A program made the translations under genes and the position numbers. From contig NC_058368.1 of NCBI RefSeq assembly GCF_018350175.1, positions 122,452,001-122,516,000 on the forward strand: DNA of 64,000 bases, written 5' to 3'. Each line of letters opens with the position of its first letter. Position 1 is the stretch's first letter. Below, in pieces: positions 38,502 to 51,694 of this stretch. The notes below the pieces were generated by a model. That model worked only from the letters and a program-made list of their open reading frames with translations, did not search any database and was not told the origin of the DNA. Source of the stretch: Felis catus (lineage: Eukaryota).

Positions 38502-39078
38502 TATGAGAATTTTGAACCTAAACACAATCAATGCAACTTCAATTTATAGATGACTTACTATATGCCAGGCATTACTGAGTACTGTCATGTATCATCTTAT
38601 TAAATTCTGAGAACTCAGGGAAGATACCAAACTTCATCGCACTATCTCCACTATACAGATGAGAAAACTGTGGCTCAAAGATTTGCCAAGGACACACCAG
38701 TGACAAATGGCACTGCCAGGATTTAAACCTTGGTCTCTGAACCCTAAGTCAGAGCTCTGTCTGCTCTACCAACTTGCATTAATTACATATGTGATGTGTA
38801 CACACATCAGACACACATTAATACACACGTGTTAAGTACACATCATTAAGTGAAAAATCAACACGTTACTGCCACTGTCTTACTTCTAATCTCTGGTGAA
38901 TTTGCTAAGTTTTTAAGTAGGATTATGTCTTTACAATTTAGCAAAACTTTGGCTAGATAAAATATTTGCCAACCACTAAGTTGACGTTTATCTAAAATTT
39001 ATCTGGATTAGTGCAGAGCCTGGGGATTAAGATGCATCATCATAATTTATACATTCTCTATGCAGGCACTATGGAACA

Positions 39079-39081
<3 letters not shown>

Positions 39082-39143
<62 letters not shown>
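39082..39143. repeat. (TG)n microsatellite, about 30 units
   Basis: Direct reading. Confidence 0.95.
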
Positions 39144-39144
<1 letters not shown>

Positions 39145-39825
39145 CTTTGGCCCTGTATACTTAGACAGCCATTGTTTAATTTCCTGTCTTTCTGAGGACC
39201 TATTTGTGCTGGAAATGGGCTCTTCAGGCAACAGATAAACACAAAGCAGGCCAGTTAATCATGTAGGATCTTGGAAGTAAATGAACACACCTGGTGTTTT
39301 GTCAGTAACTGGGAACCCTGTTCATAAGCAGACTTTCTCCCATACTGACTTTCTGGTCCCTCAGTTCTTTCGGAGGAGAAATTTTTCATATTTGTAGTCT
39401 AAAGTGTCCCTCGCAGAGAATTTATGCTCATTCAGAACTGGGTGAGCAGACCCAGAATTTCCAACTCACAATCTGTTTGGGGTGCTGACATTCTAGATCT
39501 CAGGAAGGAGACAGGTACTATGGGAGCCAGCATGGCTATGAGCACCTTTTAACTTTTTTCTTCCCCTGTGTGAATCTGGGTTCTGTGCCTTCTTTCTCTG
39601 GGCTTCATTTTCTGTCATCACAAGTCAAGATTCTTGGAGCATTTTTGCCCTATGCTTAAAAAAGTGTTCCAAAAGAAATCCAGGAGAAAAACAAACCAGA
39701 AATGTCAAAATTATATGTAATCCCAAACATTGCTATGTTTCACTTCTCTCCCTTGCTCTTTATTGCTCCCATCATCATTTTACTACTTAAATAGAAACCA
39801 AGAATTAACTTTCTGCCTTTTGCCC

Positions 39826-39828
<3 letters not shown>

Positions 39829-39873
<45 letters not shown>
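39829..39873. repeat. (AC)n microsatellite
   Basis: Direct reading. Confidence 0.95.
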
Positions 39874-39875
<2 letters not shown>

Positions 39876-40354
39876 TATACCTTCATGCCTGTCCTGAGAA
39901 GAGCCTCTTAGTACTGAAGTGTCCCCTCACCATGGTAAACGAATGCAAGGCAAACACAGTGACATTTTGAGCACTATATTAAAATGACATCCTCTTAGGG
40001 GCAGAAAATAATCCAGGTGTATTTCCATTGCTTGTAAGGCTCCACCCCACCTCCCGTGTGTTATATTTTATAGGTACCCGTAGCATTTTGTACCTCTCCT
40101 GAGGAGCTGTGACATTTTTTTTTATGTATAATTAATGAATATCAGCGGCTCTACTACACTGTAAACTTCATGAGCTAGGCCATGTGTGTTTTGCTTTTCA
40201 TTGTATAACCAGCATGCAGCAAAAATAGAAGGGAATGAACACTGCCAAGACCATACAAATGATTGACTAAAAGCCAGGTTTGTGAATAACAAAGACAAAA
40301 TTAAAATACAAGGTATTAAAGCCAAAAATTTCAGACCTACCTTAGTCGTCACAT

Positions 40355-40487
40355 GGGGTATCCATATCATTTGTCATCCAAACCAGGGTACTCCTGAGAA
40401 TAAAAGGAGTCATTATTAATAATTATGCTTGAGCAACAGGCAAAATCCATAAATGTTCTGAGAAAAAATTAGGACATACATCAACAT
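40355..40487. mobile_element. hAT-Blackjack MITE (MER81/MER94-like)
   Basis: gtcatccaaaccagggtactcctgagaataaaaggagtcattattaataattatgc resembles the recalled consensus. Confidence 0.55.
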
Positions 40488-41541
40488 CATTAAGGCTTTT
40501 CAAGACAGTAGTGACCAAATAAACATGTTAATTATGAGAGTGCTCTAATAACCGTGGCTTTCTGCCTCCAGAGTACCAAATATCAAGTTGAAATGTTGTC
40601 AAGTGGCTTGAAAAACATTTGTCTGTAACAACGAAAGACCGAGAAACAGTGTTCCTTTGTCTAAGGCATTAAAAGGATCATAATGATAGCACTCTGAGGC
40701 AAGGGCTCATGGGGCAGAGTTAAAAGCGTGAAAGCAACATAGAAGAAGAGAAGGCTTGTGAGCACTTCAGTTCTCTTTTTAAAATCTTCCTTTAAAAGAA
40801 TCCATAAAGTTTACACTGGATTTGATGGAATCTAAGATCACAAGGCAAAACATCTTTCGGCTACTTAGAAAATTGTTTATAAGACCCATCCTGAATTCCG
40901 AGTTATTACAGTGTGGATGAAGGAAACAATATCAATGAAATTCAGTAGATTCCTAAGACAAGGAAACCCCATCTGCATATATAAAATATGTGACTTCCTA
41001 ATTTCAGACTGGAACCATCATTTTGTTTCTGGACATGGTAGATGATTAGAATTATCCACAGCAGTCAGCAACTACGTGTGGAAGAGTAGCAGTGGGCTGC
41101 CAGCTACTTAGGGGTTCCTGGGGACCAGGTGGTCTGCAGAACACATGTTGTGAATTATTTTCCTTCATCTGCTCACAACCAGGAGGCTGAGGATGTCATT
41201 GTCCCCATTTTACAGCCAAGGAGACTGTAGTTTAGGAAGACAGACGAAGTAACTTGCCCAAAGTCATATGGCTAGCAAGTGTAGGTAGGCATCATTGAAG
41301 GAAATGCAGAGGTCTTAACCATTCTCCATACTGCTGATGGTAAGCATGATTGTGGCTCTGAGGAGAGCATGGTACAAGGTGAGGCATGGCCGCTGCCTTT
41401 AAGTCTACACTCTGGCTGCATGGGCCAAGATGGGACACAGGGAACCAAATGACGAGAGAACAGCATACAACTAGAAGCTAAAATGTGTGAGAAAGACTGA
41501 AGTACTTCAGATGAGATCATGTTTTGGGTTACAAAACAATG

Positions 41542-41760
41542 TTTGTTTGTTTAAATAAACATTTATTTTTGAGAGAGAGAGAGAAAGAGACAGAGCACGA
41601 GTGCATGAGAGGGGGAGGGGCAGAGAGAGGGGGACAGAGGATCTGAAGCAGGCTCTGCATTGACAGCTGAGAGCCCCACCCGGGGCTCAAACTCACAAAC
41701 CACGAGGTTATGACCTGAGCTGAAGCTGGATGCTCAACCAACTTAGCCACTGGGGCGCCC
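41542..41760 (-). mobile_element. Can-SINE
   Basis: TSD caaaacaat on both sides; (AG)n. Confidence 0.9.
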
Positions 41761-42814
41761 TCAAAACAATATTTTTTGAGAGTTCAGAGGATTTTAAAGG
41801 GATTTTAATGACCAAAGCAGAAAGAAGAGTCCAGTCCACATAAGTGGAACTGTACTGTTCTGAATAAAAGCACTCTTATCTCCCTGATTTACATAGCATG
41901 GTCTCTGTTTTTAATTTTTTCTTCATGTTGACTTTACTGCCAGCAATGTCTAGTTTATTTTTTTTAATACCATTAATCCTGTTTCTTTCATAAATTCCCA
42001 GAGAGACATAAAGGGGGTTTTGTTGTATTTTGTGGATTTTTTTAAATCCACAGACATTAATTTTTTGTAGTTTCCTGAGTATGTATAATACTTAGCTACT
42101 TGTCCTCAATTTTACAAACTTTCTTTTCTGCAGTTGTTGCGAAAGACACCTATTGCACAATAACCATTAATTTTGAATTGTGTAATTAGATAATTTTCTT
42201 ATTAGCAAGAAGTCAAATATTTTCCATGAGGATAGCTTGAAAATCAACATTAGTTTCCAAATATGGCCAGTTTCTAGTTCAGTATTTTCCCTAACTTACA
42301 TTAAATCAGTGAATGAAGATTTTAAAATGTAGACACAGTGATTATTTGCTTTTATTAAGAAACCATGGAAAATAAAACTCATTACATTCCTTCCTATGAA
42401 GATAGTACCATTTGATTTGTTGATTGCCACAGTCTCTCCAACGAATAATGTGATGGAGAGTAATTATTAGAGTCCAAAGACAAATTTGTGTTCACTCCCT
42501 GGTCAGATGTTAAAGACAACTCAAATACAAATCCACACTAATAAAGTGAATTGTACAGGAAAATTCAAGAATAAGTCATCGTGGATCAAAATACCATTTG
42601 TGAGGGAATATTTGATTGTTTTTTCCTCTTGGTAAAAATTATCCCACCCAGTCTAATCAAGTTCTACATATATTCCCTACTTTCTGAATCCTATAGGAAT
42701 GCAATAAAACTCTAATTAGGCAATTTGTATAGATAGCTACAAAAGGGCAAAGAGTTGCAAACATTTCATCTCTGATTACAGATATATTGAAGTAGGAATA
42801 AAAGAAGGGTCAAC

Positions 42815-43125
42815 TTCCAATTCAGTCAGGATGTTGGCAGAATTCATTTCCTTGTGGCTGCAGGACTCATGGTAGCTTGTTTCTTCAAATTCAGTGAGGA
42901 GAGCAAAACTCTAGAGTGAGTCTGCTAGAAAGGCAGAGCATATAACACTGAATGACCATTACATAATAGAACACAATCACAGGACTGACATCTCATCATC
43001 TTTGCTACATAACGTTGGTTAGAAGCAAGCCATACAACCAGCCCACACTCAGGGGCTGGGGATGATACAAGACGTAAACACCAGGAAGTGGGGCTCATGG
43101 GAATCACAATAAAGCCTGTCCACCC
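42815..43125 (-). mobile_element. MaLR LTR fragment (MLT1-like)
   Basis: gttggcagaattcatttccttgtggctgcaggact; tagaagcaagccatac...cccacactcagggg. Confidence 0.6.
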
Positions 43126-44159
43126 TATTTCCTCTAAAGAAGTTGTACTGCACCAGATTCTGACACCAATTTCTTCTATGACCTTAAACATAGCCCCAAA
43201 CTTCCTTGTCAAGGAAGATGTGGGGAGGTTTGACTAAATGATCAGGAATGGTCCCTTCATACCTAAGGGTCTAGGATGATTTTCCTCTTAGCCCTGGTAG
43301 GATGCTCTTCAACGTGTGATCTCATTGTTTCTTTGCTCTCTACCACACACTCATTTATCCCCAAGAAGGTGGCATGACCAAAATGCACTGTCTAAAGAGC
43401 CTGTGACAATGAGGAGTGATAAACAGCTACTAGCATACTCATCAATTAAGGTCTTATTTGCAGTTGAGTTGTGAACCAAAAGTATTTGTCTTAACCAAGG
43501 TCTTTAGTTTGTTACTGGTAGAGCTTTCTTGGCTGAGATATCCCCTTTTTGTCTGACTCACACATACTGTACTATCTTGGACGTTACATTTTATTTTAAG
43601 ATGATAGTGCATAGGAAAAAAAAACTAAGATCTTTCTGAAGCTAATCATTTTAGTCAATGATCACTGAGTGACAGATGAATGAACTTGCCAACTTAGTGA
43701 CATCCCCAGCTTTCTGAAACCTATGGGAGTGACTCAACTAGAGAGATGTTTTTCTAATTTCAAAAGGTGCCTACTCCTTTCTGTTCACCGACAGTTTTTA
43801 ACCATTTAATGTGTACTACAAAGTACATGTATCATCTTCTTAATGACTTATGAAGAGCTGTCATTTATTGTTCACATACCACTGGCCACCGTGATAATAA
43901 GCATTTTGTATACTTGGTCTAATTGGATAGTCAACAGTGCTATGAAGGAGTTGAATAACTTGCCTAATATCATATAGTTAGTGTACTAAGGCCAGATTCA
44001 AAAGTAGGACTATGTGATCCAAAGACCTTGCTCTTAATGTAGGCTCCTTTATTTTCACTCATATGAAAATAGTAGGATACCCTCGAGATCAGATGAGCTA
44101 TTTACTGCTATTTACCCAGTAGCAACAAACATTGGTTTTGATACACATTTTTAGTTGGT

Positions 44160-44640
44160 ATGGGGTATGGGTTAAGTTGTAGCTCCCCCAGAAAGATATG
44201 TTGAAATCCTAAATCTGAGTACCTCCAGAGGTGACCTTATTAGGAAACAGAGTACAGAGGTAATCAAGTAACATTGAGTTCTTTAGGGTGTCCCTCGTCC
44301 AATGTAAGTGGTGTTCTTATCAAAAAAGGAAATCTGGGCAGAGAGGGAAGATGATGTGAAGGACACAGGGAGAACACCATGTCAAGATAGGGAACTGGAG
44401 TGGTGCATCTGTAAGCCAAGAAAAGTCCAAGACTGCCAATAACAGCAAACCAATAGAAGCTATGGAGAAGCAAGGAAGGATTCTCACCTACAGGTGTCAG
44501 ATGAGCTTGGGCCTGGTAACACCTTGATTTTGAACTTGTATTCTCCAGAACCTGAGACAATATATTTCTGGTGTTGTTTTTTTTTTAAGCCACTCAGTTT
44601 GTGTTACTTTGTTGTAGCAGCCTTAGCAAACTAAGTATGT
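44160..44640 (+). mobile_element. MaLR solo LTR (MLT1B/C-like)
   Basis: gatatgttgaaatcctaa...gtgaccttattaggaaacag...accttgattttgaactt...ctttgttgtagcagccttagcaaactaa. Confidence 0.8.
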
Positions 44641-44751
44641 TTTTATAGTTTTCTTAGCTGCTCAAATTTCAGTCTTCGCATGTAGCAGGTACTTCTCAGA
44701 ACAGCTTCTATCCTCATTCTTGATAAACTGCTTCAACTATATAATGGGATT

Positions 44752-44910
44752 GGGGCACCTGGGTGGCTCAGTCCATTCAGAGTCTGACTTGATTTTGGCT
44801 AAGGCCATAAACCCAGGGTCATGGGATCGAGCATAGAACCGGCTTAAGATTCTCTTTTGCTCTCCCTCTGCCCCTCTCCTTCACTCACATGCTTGCTCTC
44901 TCTCTAAACA
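44752..44910 (+). mobile_element. Can-SINE (older, internally shortened)
   Basis: ggggcacctgggtggctcagtc head, (CT)n. Confidence 0.8.
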
Positions 44911-45141
44911 GATACATACACACACGCACACGGGATTGAAGACAAGATAAAAGAAACTTATTTAAATTGCTTGTGAAATTAGGGTAACCCAAGAGAATAT
45001 TCAGTAAGTCAAATCCATTAGCTTTAGTATATTGTAAATTATTTTATGTTGCCCAGAGACTATCTGTGGCTTTCTTATAACGTTTCTCTGGCCCAAGGTG
45101 TTTTGTTTTGCTTTTTAAGCTTCTATAAGGGATGGTAAATC

Positions 45142-45340
45142 TTTTCCTTTTTTTTTTTTTTTTTGAGAGAGAGAGTGCACATGGGCGTGCAGGCAGTGTA
45201 GAGGCAGAGGGAGAGACAGAATCTTCAGCAGGCTCCACATTGAGCATGGAGCCTGACACAGGGCTTGATCTCACAAGCATGAGATCATGACCTGACTCTC
45301 AAGAGTCAGACACTTAAATGACTGAGCCATCCAGGCACCC
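45142..45340 (-). mobile_element. Can-SINE
   Basis: Poly(T), head ccaggcaccc; TSD taaatcttt. Confidence 0.88.
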
Positions 45341-45479
45341 TTAAATCTTTTTCAATTTGTCAAAGTAGTATGTCCAGTATGAGAAAATTACAAGTCGAAA
45401 AAATGATTGCTTAACTGAATACTTTTATATGTTGCCCCTGATATTGGCTTTCTTTTCAGTGTATTGATATTTGCTGTTG

Positions 45480-45790
45480 CACTCCCTCTCTGACCTCCCC
45501 GACTCATGCTATCTCTCTCTCTCTAAAATAAATAAACATTAAAAAAATTTTTAAAAGGGGCACCTGGGTGGCTCAGTCAGTTAAACATCTGACTTCAGCT
45601 TGGGTCATGATCTCATGGTTCATGAGTTCGAGCTCCATGTCAGGCTCTGTGCTGACAGTACAGAGCCCAGAGTCTGCTTCAGATTCAGTGTCTCCCTCTC
45701 TCTTTTCCCCTATCCCACTCATGCTTTCTCTCTCTCTCTCTCTCTGTCTCTGTCTCTGTCTCTGTCTCTCTCAAAAATAAACATTAAAAA

Positions 45791-45860
<70 letters not shown>
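45480..45860 (+). mobile_element. SINE 3' fragment, then a full Can-SINE (45557-45790), then (TG)n(TA)n
   Basis: Two aaataaacattaaaaa tails; head ggggcacctgggtggctc. Confidence 0.88.
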
Positions 45861-45863
<3 letters not shown>

Positions 45864-48585
45864 ATGTTGCAGTGGGAGCACAGCACAGATTTTGGTTTCA
45901 GTTGGCCATTTTGTGTGGAATGGTTAAGAAAATGCCTTTTTTTTTTTTTTTGTTTTGGTGTATCTTCTCTTCAGTAGACCATAAGCCTTGCAAATGTTCT
46001 CTTTTTCTAACTCTCACAGCAGAAGGGCCACTTGAGTCTCAAAAACAAAACGGCAGTGAAGTAATGAGGGTATTAGGTTGATATGTTCTACTCAGCACCT
46101 GCTCCCGAGCTAACAAATAATGAATGAGCATGAATAACACATTGCAAAAACAGGAGAATCTGCCTTCTTTGTATTAGGCATCAGGCAATTTCAAAAGGAG
46201 CTTTGTAACTAACCTTCTCACATAAGACCACCCATTTGTGAAAACCCACGTGAAAAAGGCAGAGAACCGCTCATTTACAGGTTAACATTTAACTAGCCTG
46301 AACTGTGCTTTTAATAATTTCTATAAGGTTAAGAGTTTCATTAATATGCAACCTGTGACTTGGTCCAAATTAAATTTTACTTTGCTTACACACATGTTGG
46401 TGCAAAGCATTCTGGAAGCTTTCATCATTTAACACATAGTATCGATCACTTATCTGTATGCCAGGCACATAGCTCTTGAATAGAGCTTTGGAAATAAAAA
46501 TATATTTTTTTTGTCCTCCTAGAGCTCAGGGTTTAGTTGAGGAGACAAAGAGCAAGGAACTAAGTACGTAAATAATCATGTTAGTTACAGATTGCCTTTA
46601 GTGCAATGGGAAATGAACCATGGATCTAAGAGAGTACACCTTCGGGGTAGAGGCTGCCTTATGCATTAGCATGGTGCTCAAAGAAGGCTAGTCCACAGGT
46701 GGCCTCTGAACCCATACTTGCAGGACAAGCAGCTCTAAGGTGGAAATCTGTTCTGTCCTGGAGTGGAACAGTGGTCGTTGTGACTGGAACAGGTGAGAAA
46801 AGGGGAGAGAGGTTCAAGAAGCAAGAAGACAGGTGAGCCAAGGCCCGATCAGCTCAGCATGTTCAAGAAAACACCATAGCTCACTGTTACTTCTTATTTG
46901 TACTTTAGAGAAAATACAAAGCCAGTGAGGCAGGAGGACGTATTTGAATTTGTTATCAGTTTGGAGATACGAGTACAGCATTCACAGTGAGTGGTAAGAA
47001 AATCAGGATGGAAATGGTAAAGAATGGGATACACTAACTATTCTAGATATTAGGGAAGAAAGAGCCTGCAGATTAGGAGTCCAAGTTGCTCACTCTGTAG
47101 ATAATGGATTGGCATACTTTTTCTGAGATTTTTTTCTAATTTGTAAAATAGCTTGAATCATGTCATGTATAATATGGCCAGAAAAATATGAAAAGCTCCT
47201 ATTATAGTGCTTGGGAAAACAGAAGTGGCTAATGAAGGGAAGCCAGACTGTTTTCCAGACAGATGTACAACAACTCAAGGCCAAACCATAGGATATTAGA
47301 GGCGAAGGTTAGCTTAGAAATCAAGTCCTACCTCCACGCAAAGGCAGCTACTTTTCTGCAACGTCCCCAACAAGAAACTGTCTTCCTAGCCAGAAATGGG
47401 ATTTGGTCCCATTTCAGAAATGGGATGCTCGCTGCTACATAAAGTAGTTCGTTTCATGTTTAGACACACCTGATTATCAAAAACTTCTTCTTTCTACTGA
47501 TTGACAGCCTCATGATTCTGCTGCTGCCCATGGGAGCTTTAAGGCCTTAAGTCAGACAGGGCTTCTGTTTAGTCATCACTTGCTGGTACTGCAATACTGG
47601 TCCTTAATCGTGGCCTCCAAGATTCTTACTGGTCAGTGGCCTGTTCTGATTAGCCAATGTTTGTTCCTTGTGAAGTATTTCGAATATTCACCTCTGTTGT
47701 CAGGTAACCTGAACTGGAGTCCTGACTCTTCTCATAATAGCAGCTTAGTCAGCTCTCTGTGCTTCTGGGGGTCCCATCTATGAAACAGGGATAATAATTG
47801 TGCCCATGTTACAAGGTTGTTTGAGGATACTACAGGATAAAGCACTTGAAGGGCTTATCCTGGTTTCTCATGTGTTGCATTACATGAAATCTAGCACCAT
47901 CAGTATGTCCTGCTGGTTTGGTGATAGTTGAAAACAACTATTCATCAGCTTAACATCACTTTCCGACCATCTAGTCCTTCCTACACTGGACATTTCCTAA
48001 TCATTTGCTCAATGTTTTCTGACGGTTGAATAATCATTATGTGCAGACTAATGTTCTTGGTGCTTACGTGCCTCATCTCATTAAATCTCCACAGCAACCC
48101 TACAGAATTGTTACTGTTCTTGATTTACAGATTCAGGCATCTGAGTCTCAGAAGTCTGTTTATAATCTTTTACTGAAGAAGCTAAAGTTTTTCTGAAGGC
48201 CCTTACGGTAGTATCTGTATTAGGTCTCATTGACCATACTGGCCCCTCCCCAAATTAAGGGAAGCTGTGACAGGGGGAACTAGATTCTCATGATTTATTT
48301 ATGCCAATCATCCCTCTACCTGGGACTGGATGTGTTACTGCCAAATTGGGGTTCGATGATCAAGGAAGAAGATGGGACAAATTTCATTATCTCCTATAGC
48401 TAGGCAGCGTGGCAGGGTAGAAAAGAGCAGAGATGTTGGCACCAGGTGGCCTGGGCCTGAATTCTAGCCCGGTCATGTATGACTGTGGCCAGAGAGGATA
48501 TTTTCAGCTCTGGAGCTGAAATGGAGCAAATTGCTTTTTGCCTCGAAATGAATATTCCTTTACTTTATTTAACTTAAACACAAAC

Positions 48586-48790
48586 GGGGGGCCTGGGTGG
48601 CTCAGTTAAGCATCCTACTTTGGCTCAGGTCATGATCTCACAGTTTGTGGGTTTGAGCCCCACGCTAGGCTCTGTGCTGATAGCTCAGAGCCTGGAGCCT
48701 GCTTCAGATTCTGTGTCTCCCTCTCTGTCCCTCCCGTGCTCATGATCTGTCTCTCTCAGAAATAAATAAAAGGATTAAAAAAGAAAAAAC
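48586..48790 (+). mobile_element. Can-SINE
   Basis: ggggggcctgggtggctcagttaagc head; A tail. Confidence 0.9.
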
Positions 48791-49632
48791 CCTTCATGAC
48801 AGTTATGATCAATAGATGAACACTTTTTGGTCTCTCTTACTTTGGTACACTTTTTCCCTTCCTCTTACTAGTACATTTCTTTCCCTAAAATCTCTTTGGA
48901 TTAAGGCAAAGACCCAGGAGACCCAAGTTCAGGCCGGCCACTATAGTTGGGGGATTTGGTTCAGGTCCTTAACACTGTGTCCTAGCTTACCTGGTTGTAG
49001 AATGGGTAAATATGACCTAGGTTTCTATCTGTGTGAATCAAATTGAATAATGGCAGTGAATGAGCATTGGCTAATGCTAAGCAGCAAGGCAAGAATCCTT
49101 GTCATTAAACATTCTGCCTGGGGGGACTACAAGTTGGCTAAAAATCTCCAGTGAGTGGGACGGTATACTTGTCAAACAGGAGGATCTGTACTGTTGAGTC
49201 TGTACCATCAGGATAAGCGTGATTCACCTTCCTAGAACAACAGATTTACTCCACAGTAAGACATGAAGAACTTTACTTTTACATTAAAAGAGGTATGGGT
49301 AACTTCTAGAGTAGGGTGGAAAAGATAAATGATTTTCAAATATACAATAGAAACTATGAAAAAAAATTAAACTTGCTGCAGGCTAATTTGAGCCACATGA
49401 CAGACCCCCAGGTATAGGAGGACATTCTTCTCTCTCCTTAGGAGGAGTAAAATATAAACATTTAAGATATAAACCAAGATTGCACGTCACAGTCTCTGGT
49501 CATACCCCAGCTCTAGCATATAATCTTGGGCAAGTAATTTAAACTCTCTGAGCTACCCCTTCTTCATCTGCAAAAATGGGTGTAATATCTAAGTTAGGGG
49601 GCTGTTGTGAGCAATAAAAGATATTCTGTCTA

Positions 49633-49850
49633 GGGACACCTGACTGGCTCAATTGGTTAAGCCTCTGATCTCGGTTCAGGTTGTGATCTCACGGTTCATG
49701 AGCTTGAGCCCCGTGTCTGGCTCTACGCTGACAGCTCAGAGCCTGGAACCTGCTTTGGATTCTGTGTTTCCCTCTCTCTTTGCCCCTCCCCACTTGCTCT
49801 CTCTTTCTCTCTCTCTCTCAAAAATAAATAAACATTTAAAAAAATTTTTT
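49633..49850 (+). mobile_element. Can-SINE inserted in MIR-like sequence
   Basis: TSD-like aaagatattctgtcta / aaagatacattgtcta. Confidence 0.9.
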
Positions 49851-51019
49851 AAAAGATACATTGTCTATCAAGTTGCTGCCGCAGCATGGACAATAAATGG
49901 CAGCTAGAACCATTCTATTACTCATGGGAAGTAGAGCAGTTTGCCAAATTTTATTTTCAACCCTTCTCAAACACCCTCCTCAAAGGCCCTCCTTTTCAAC
50001 AGCACAGACACTTGTAATTAAAGAGTTAGTTGGCCTCATGCTCTGAACCTATTTGCCCTCCTAGTTAAAATAACCGAGTGAGCAATAGTGGAAAAACCAT
50101 GAAGTTTAAATGCAGTCTCTGCCATTTATGAGCTGTATGACAGTAGGTAAGTCAGGGAGCTGGCTTTTAGGGAACCTCTGTGAGAAGCTTGGGTGGCTCA
50201 CAGAAGGTCAGGGCTCAAAGGTTTTTGAAAGGTCAGGTGGGAAGGTTAGTTCCTCTGCTGCACTACACCCTTGCTATATTGCTGCCAAACACTTATCCAG
50301 CCTCCGTGACAATATCCACATCACATTTTAAGATTTTGTGATAGTTCACGCCAACTTTGGAAGTGTCTGACTATTAAGAAGTTCTTTCTGAGAGGCTGGC
50401 TTAAGTGCTTATTTGTAACTCCCTCAACTGGTCTCTAGTGAAGAACTGTCATCTTTTTTCACCAAAGGGTCCATTAACATCTGGTCTCTACTGCCCTTCC
50501 CCATTACCAGAGAAACCTATCTTCCTTGGGTGAATGCCTTGACAAGTCAGTTATGTTGTGGGGATTGGAGAAGAGTCAGATGCTGGGATGGGGGTCCAGT
50601 GCTCTAGCTTGTGTTGTGCTAAGTGGACATATAAGCTAAATTATTACGGACAACGGAGAAGTTCAGCAGTCATGGGAGAAGACACCTGAGAGAAGAAAGA
50701 TATGATGAGTGTACTATTATCCTGAACGGCACTTTGAGAAAACAAAAAAAATTCAAAAAGGGATCCTGTATCACATTTTTATGGATGGTAAAATCACTGC
50801 CCTCAGCTCCTGATCAATATATAATTGCATTATGTATTAATGAAATGAATAAATGAACAGCGGTGCTATCTATGAAAAACCAGCACACCCAAAATGAATA
50901 TGCCAACAATGTATATGTACACACACATATATTTATTACTACAGAATATATTTGTAACTCATATTCCCTCGAACAAACTGTGGGAAATGCTGGAGTTGAA
51001 CAAAAACAAAAACAAAAAA

Positions 51020-51225
51020 GCAGGCAGAAAGTTGCTAAAGAATAAATCTTAAAAATGCTCATCATAGTAAGAAAACAAACAAACCACTGTAACTATGTGC
51101 GGTGATGGATAATAACTAGACTTATTGTGGTGATCATTTCACAATATATCTAAGTATAGAATCATTATGTTATATACCTAAAACTAATATAATGTTGTAT
51201 GTCAATTATATCTCAATTTAAAAAT
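51020..51225 (+). mobile_element. L1 3'UTR terminus (L1MA/L1_Carn-like)
   Basis: gtaactatgtgcggtgatgga...ttgtggtgatcatttc...gtatgtcaattatatctcaat. Confidence 0.85.
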
Positions 51226-51235
51226 GAAATTTAAA

Positions 51236-51694
51236 TTTTTTTTTTATTTTTTAAAAAAATTTTTTTTTCAGCGTTTTTATTTATTTTTGGGACAGAGAGA
51301 GACAGAGCATGAACGGGGGAGGGGCAGAGAGAGAGGGAGACACAGAATCGGAAACAGGCTCCAGGCTCCGAGCCATCAGCCCAGAGCCTGACGCGGGGCT
51401 CAAACTCACGGACCGCGAGATCGTGACCTGGCTGAAGTCGGACACTTAACCGACTGCGCCACCCAGGCGCCCCTAAATTTAAATTTTTTTAATGTTTATT
51501 TTTGAGAGAGGGAGAGGGAGAGACAGAGCATGAGGGGGGAGGGACAGAGAGAGAGAGAGACACAGAATCTGAAGCAGGCTCCAGGCTCTGAGCTGTCAGC
51601 ACAGAGCCCAACACGGGGCTTGAACTCACAAACTGCGAGATCATGACCTGACCCAAAGTCTGACACTCAACCGACTAAGCCACCCTGGTGCCCC
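51236..51694 (-). mobile_element. Two tandem Can-SINEs (young 51241-51473, older 51485-51694) in the L1 tail
   Basis: aaatttaaatt at about 51227, 51475 and 51706, i.e. nested TSDs. Confidence 0.92.
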
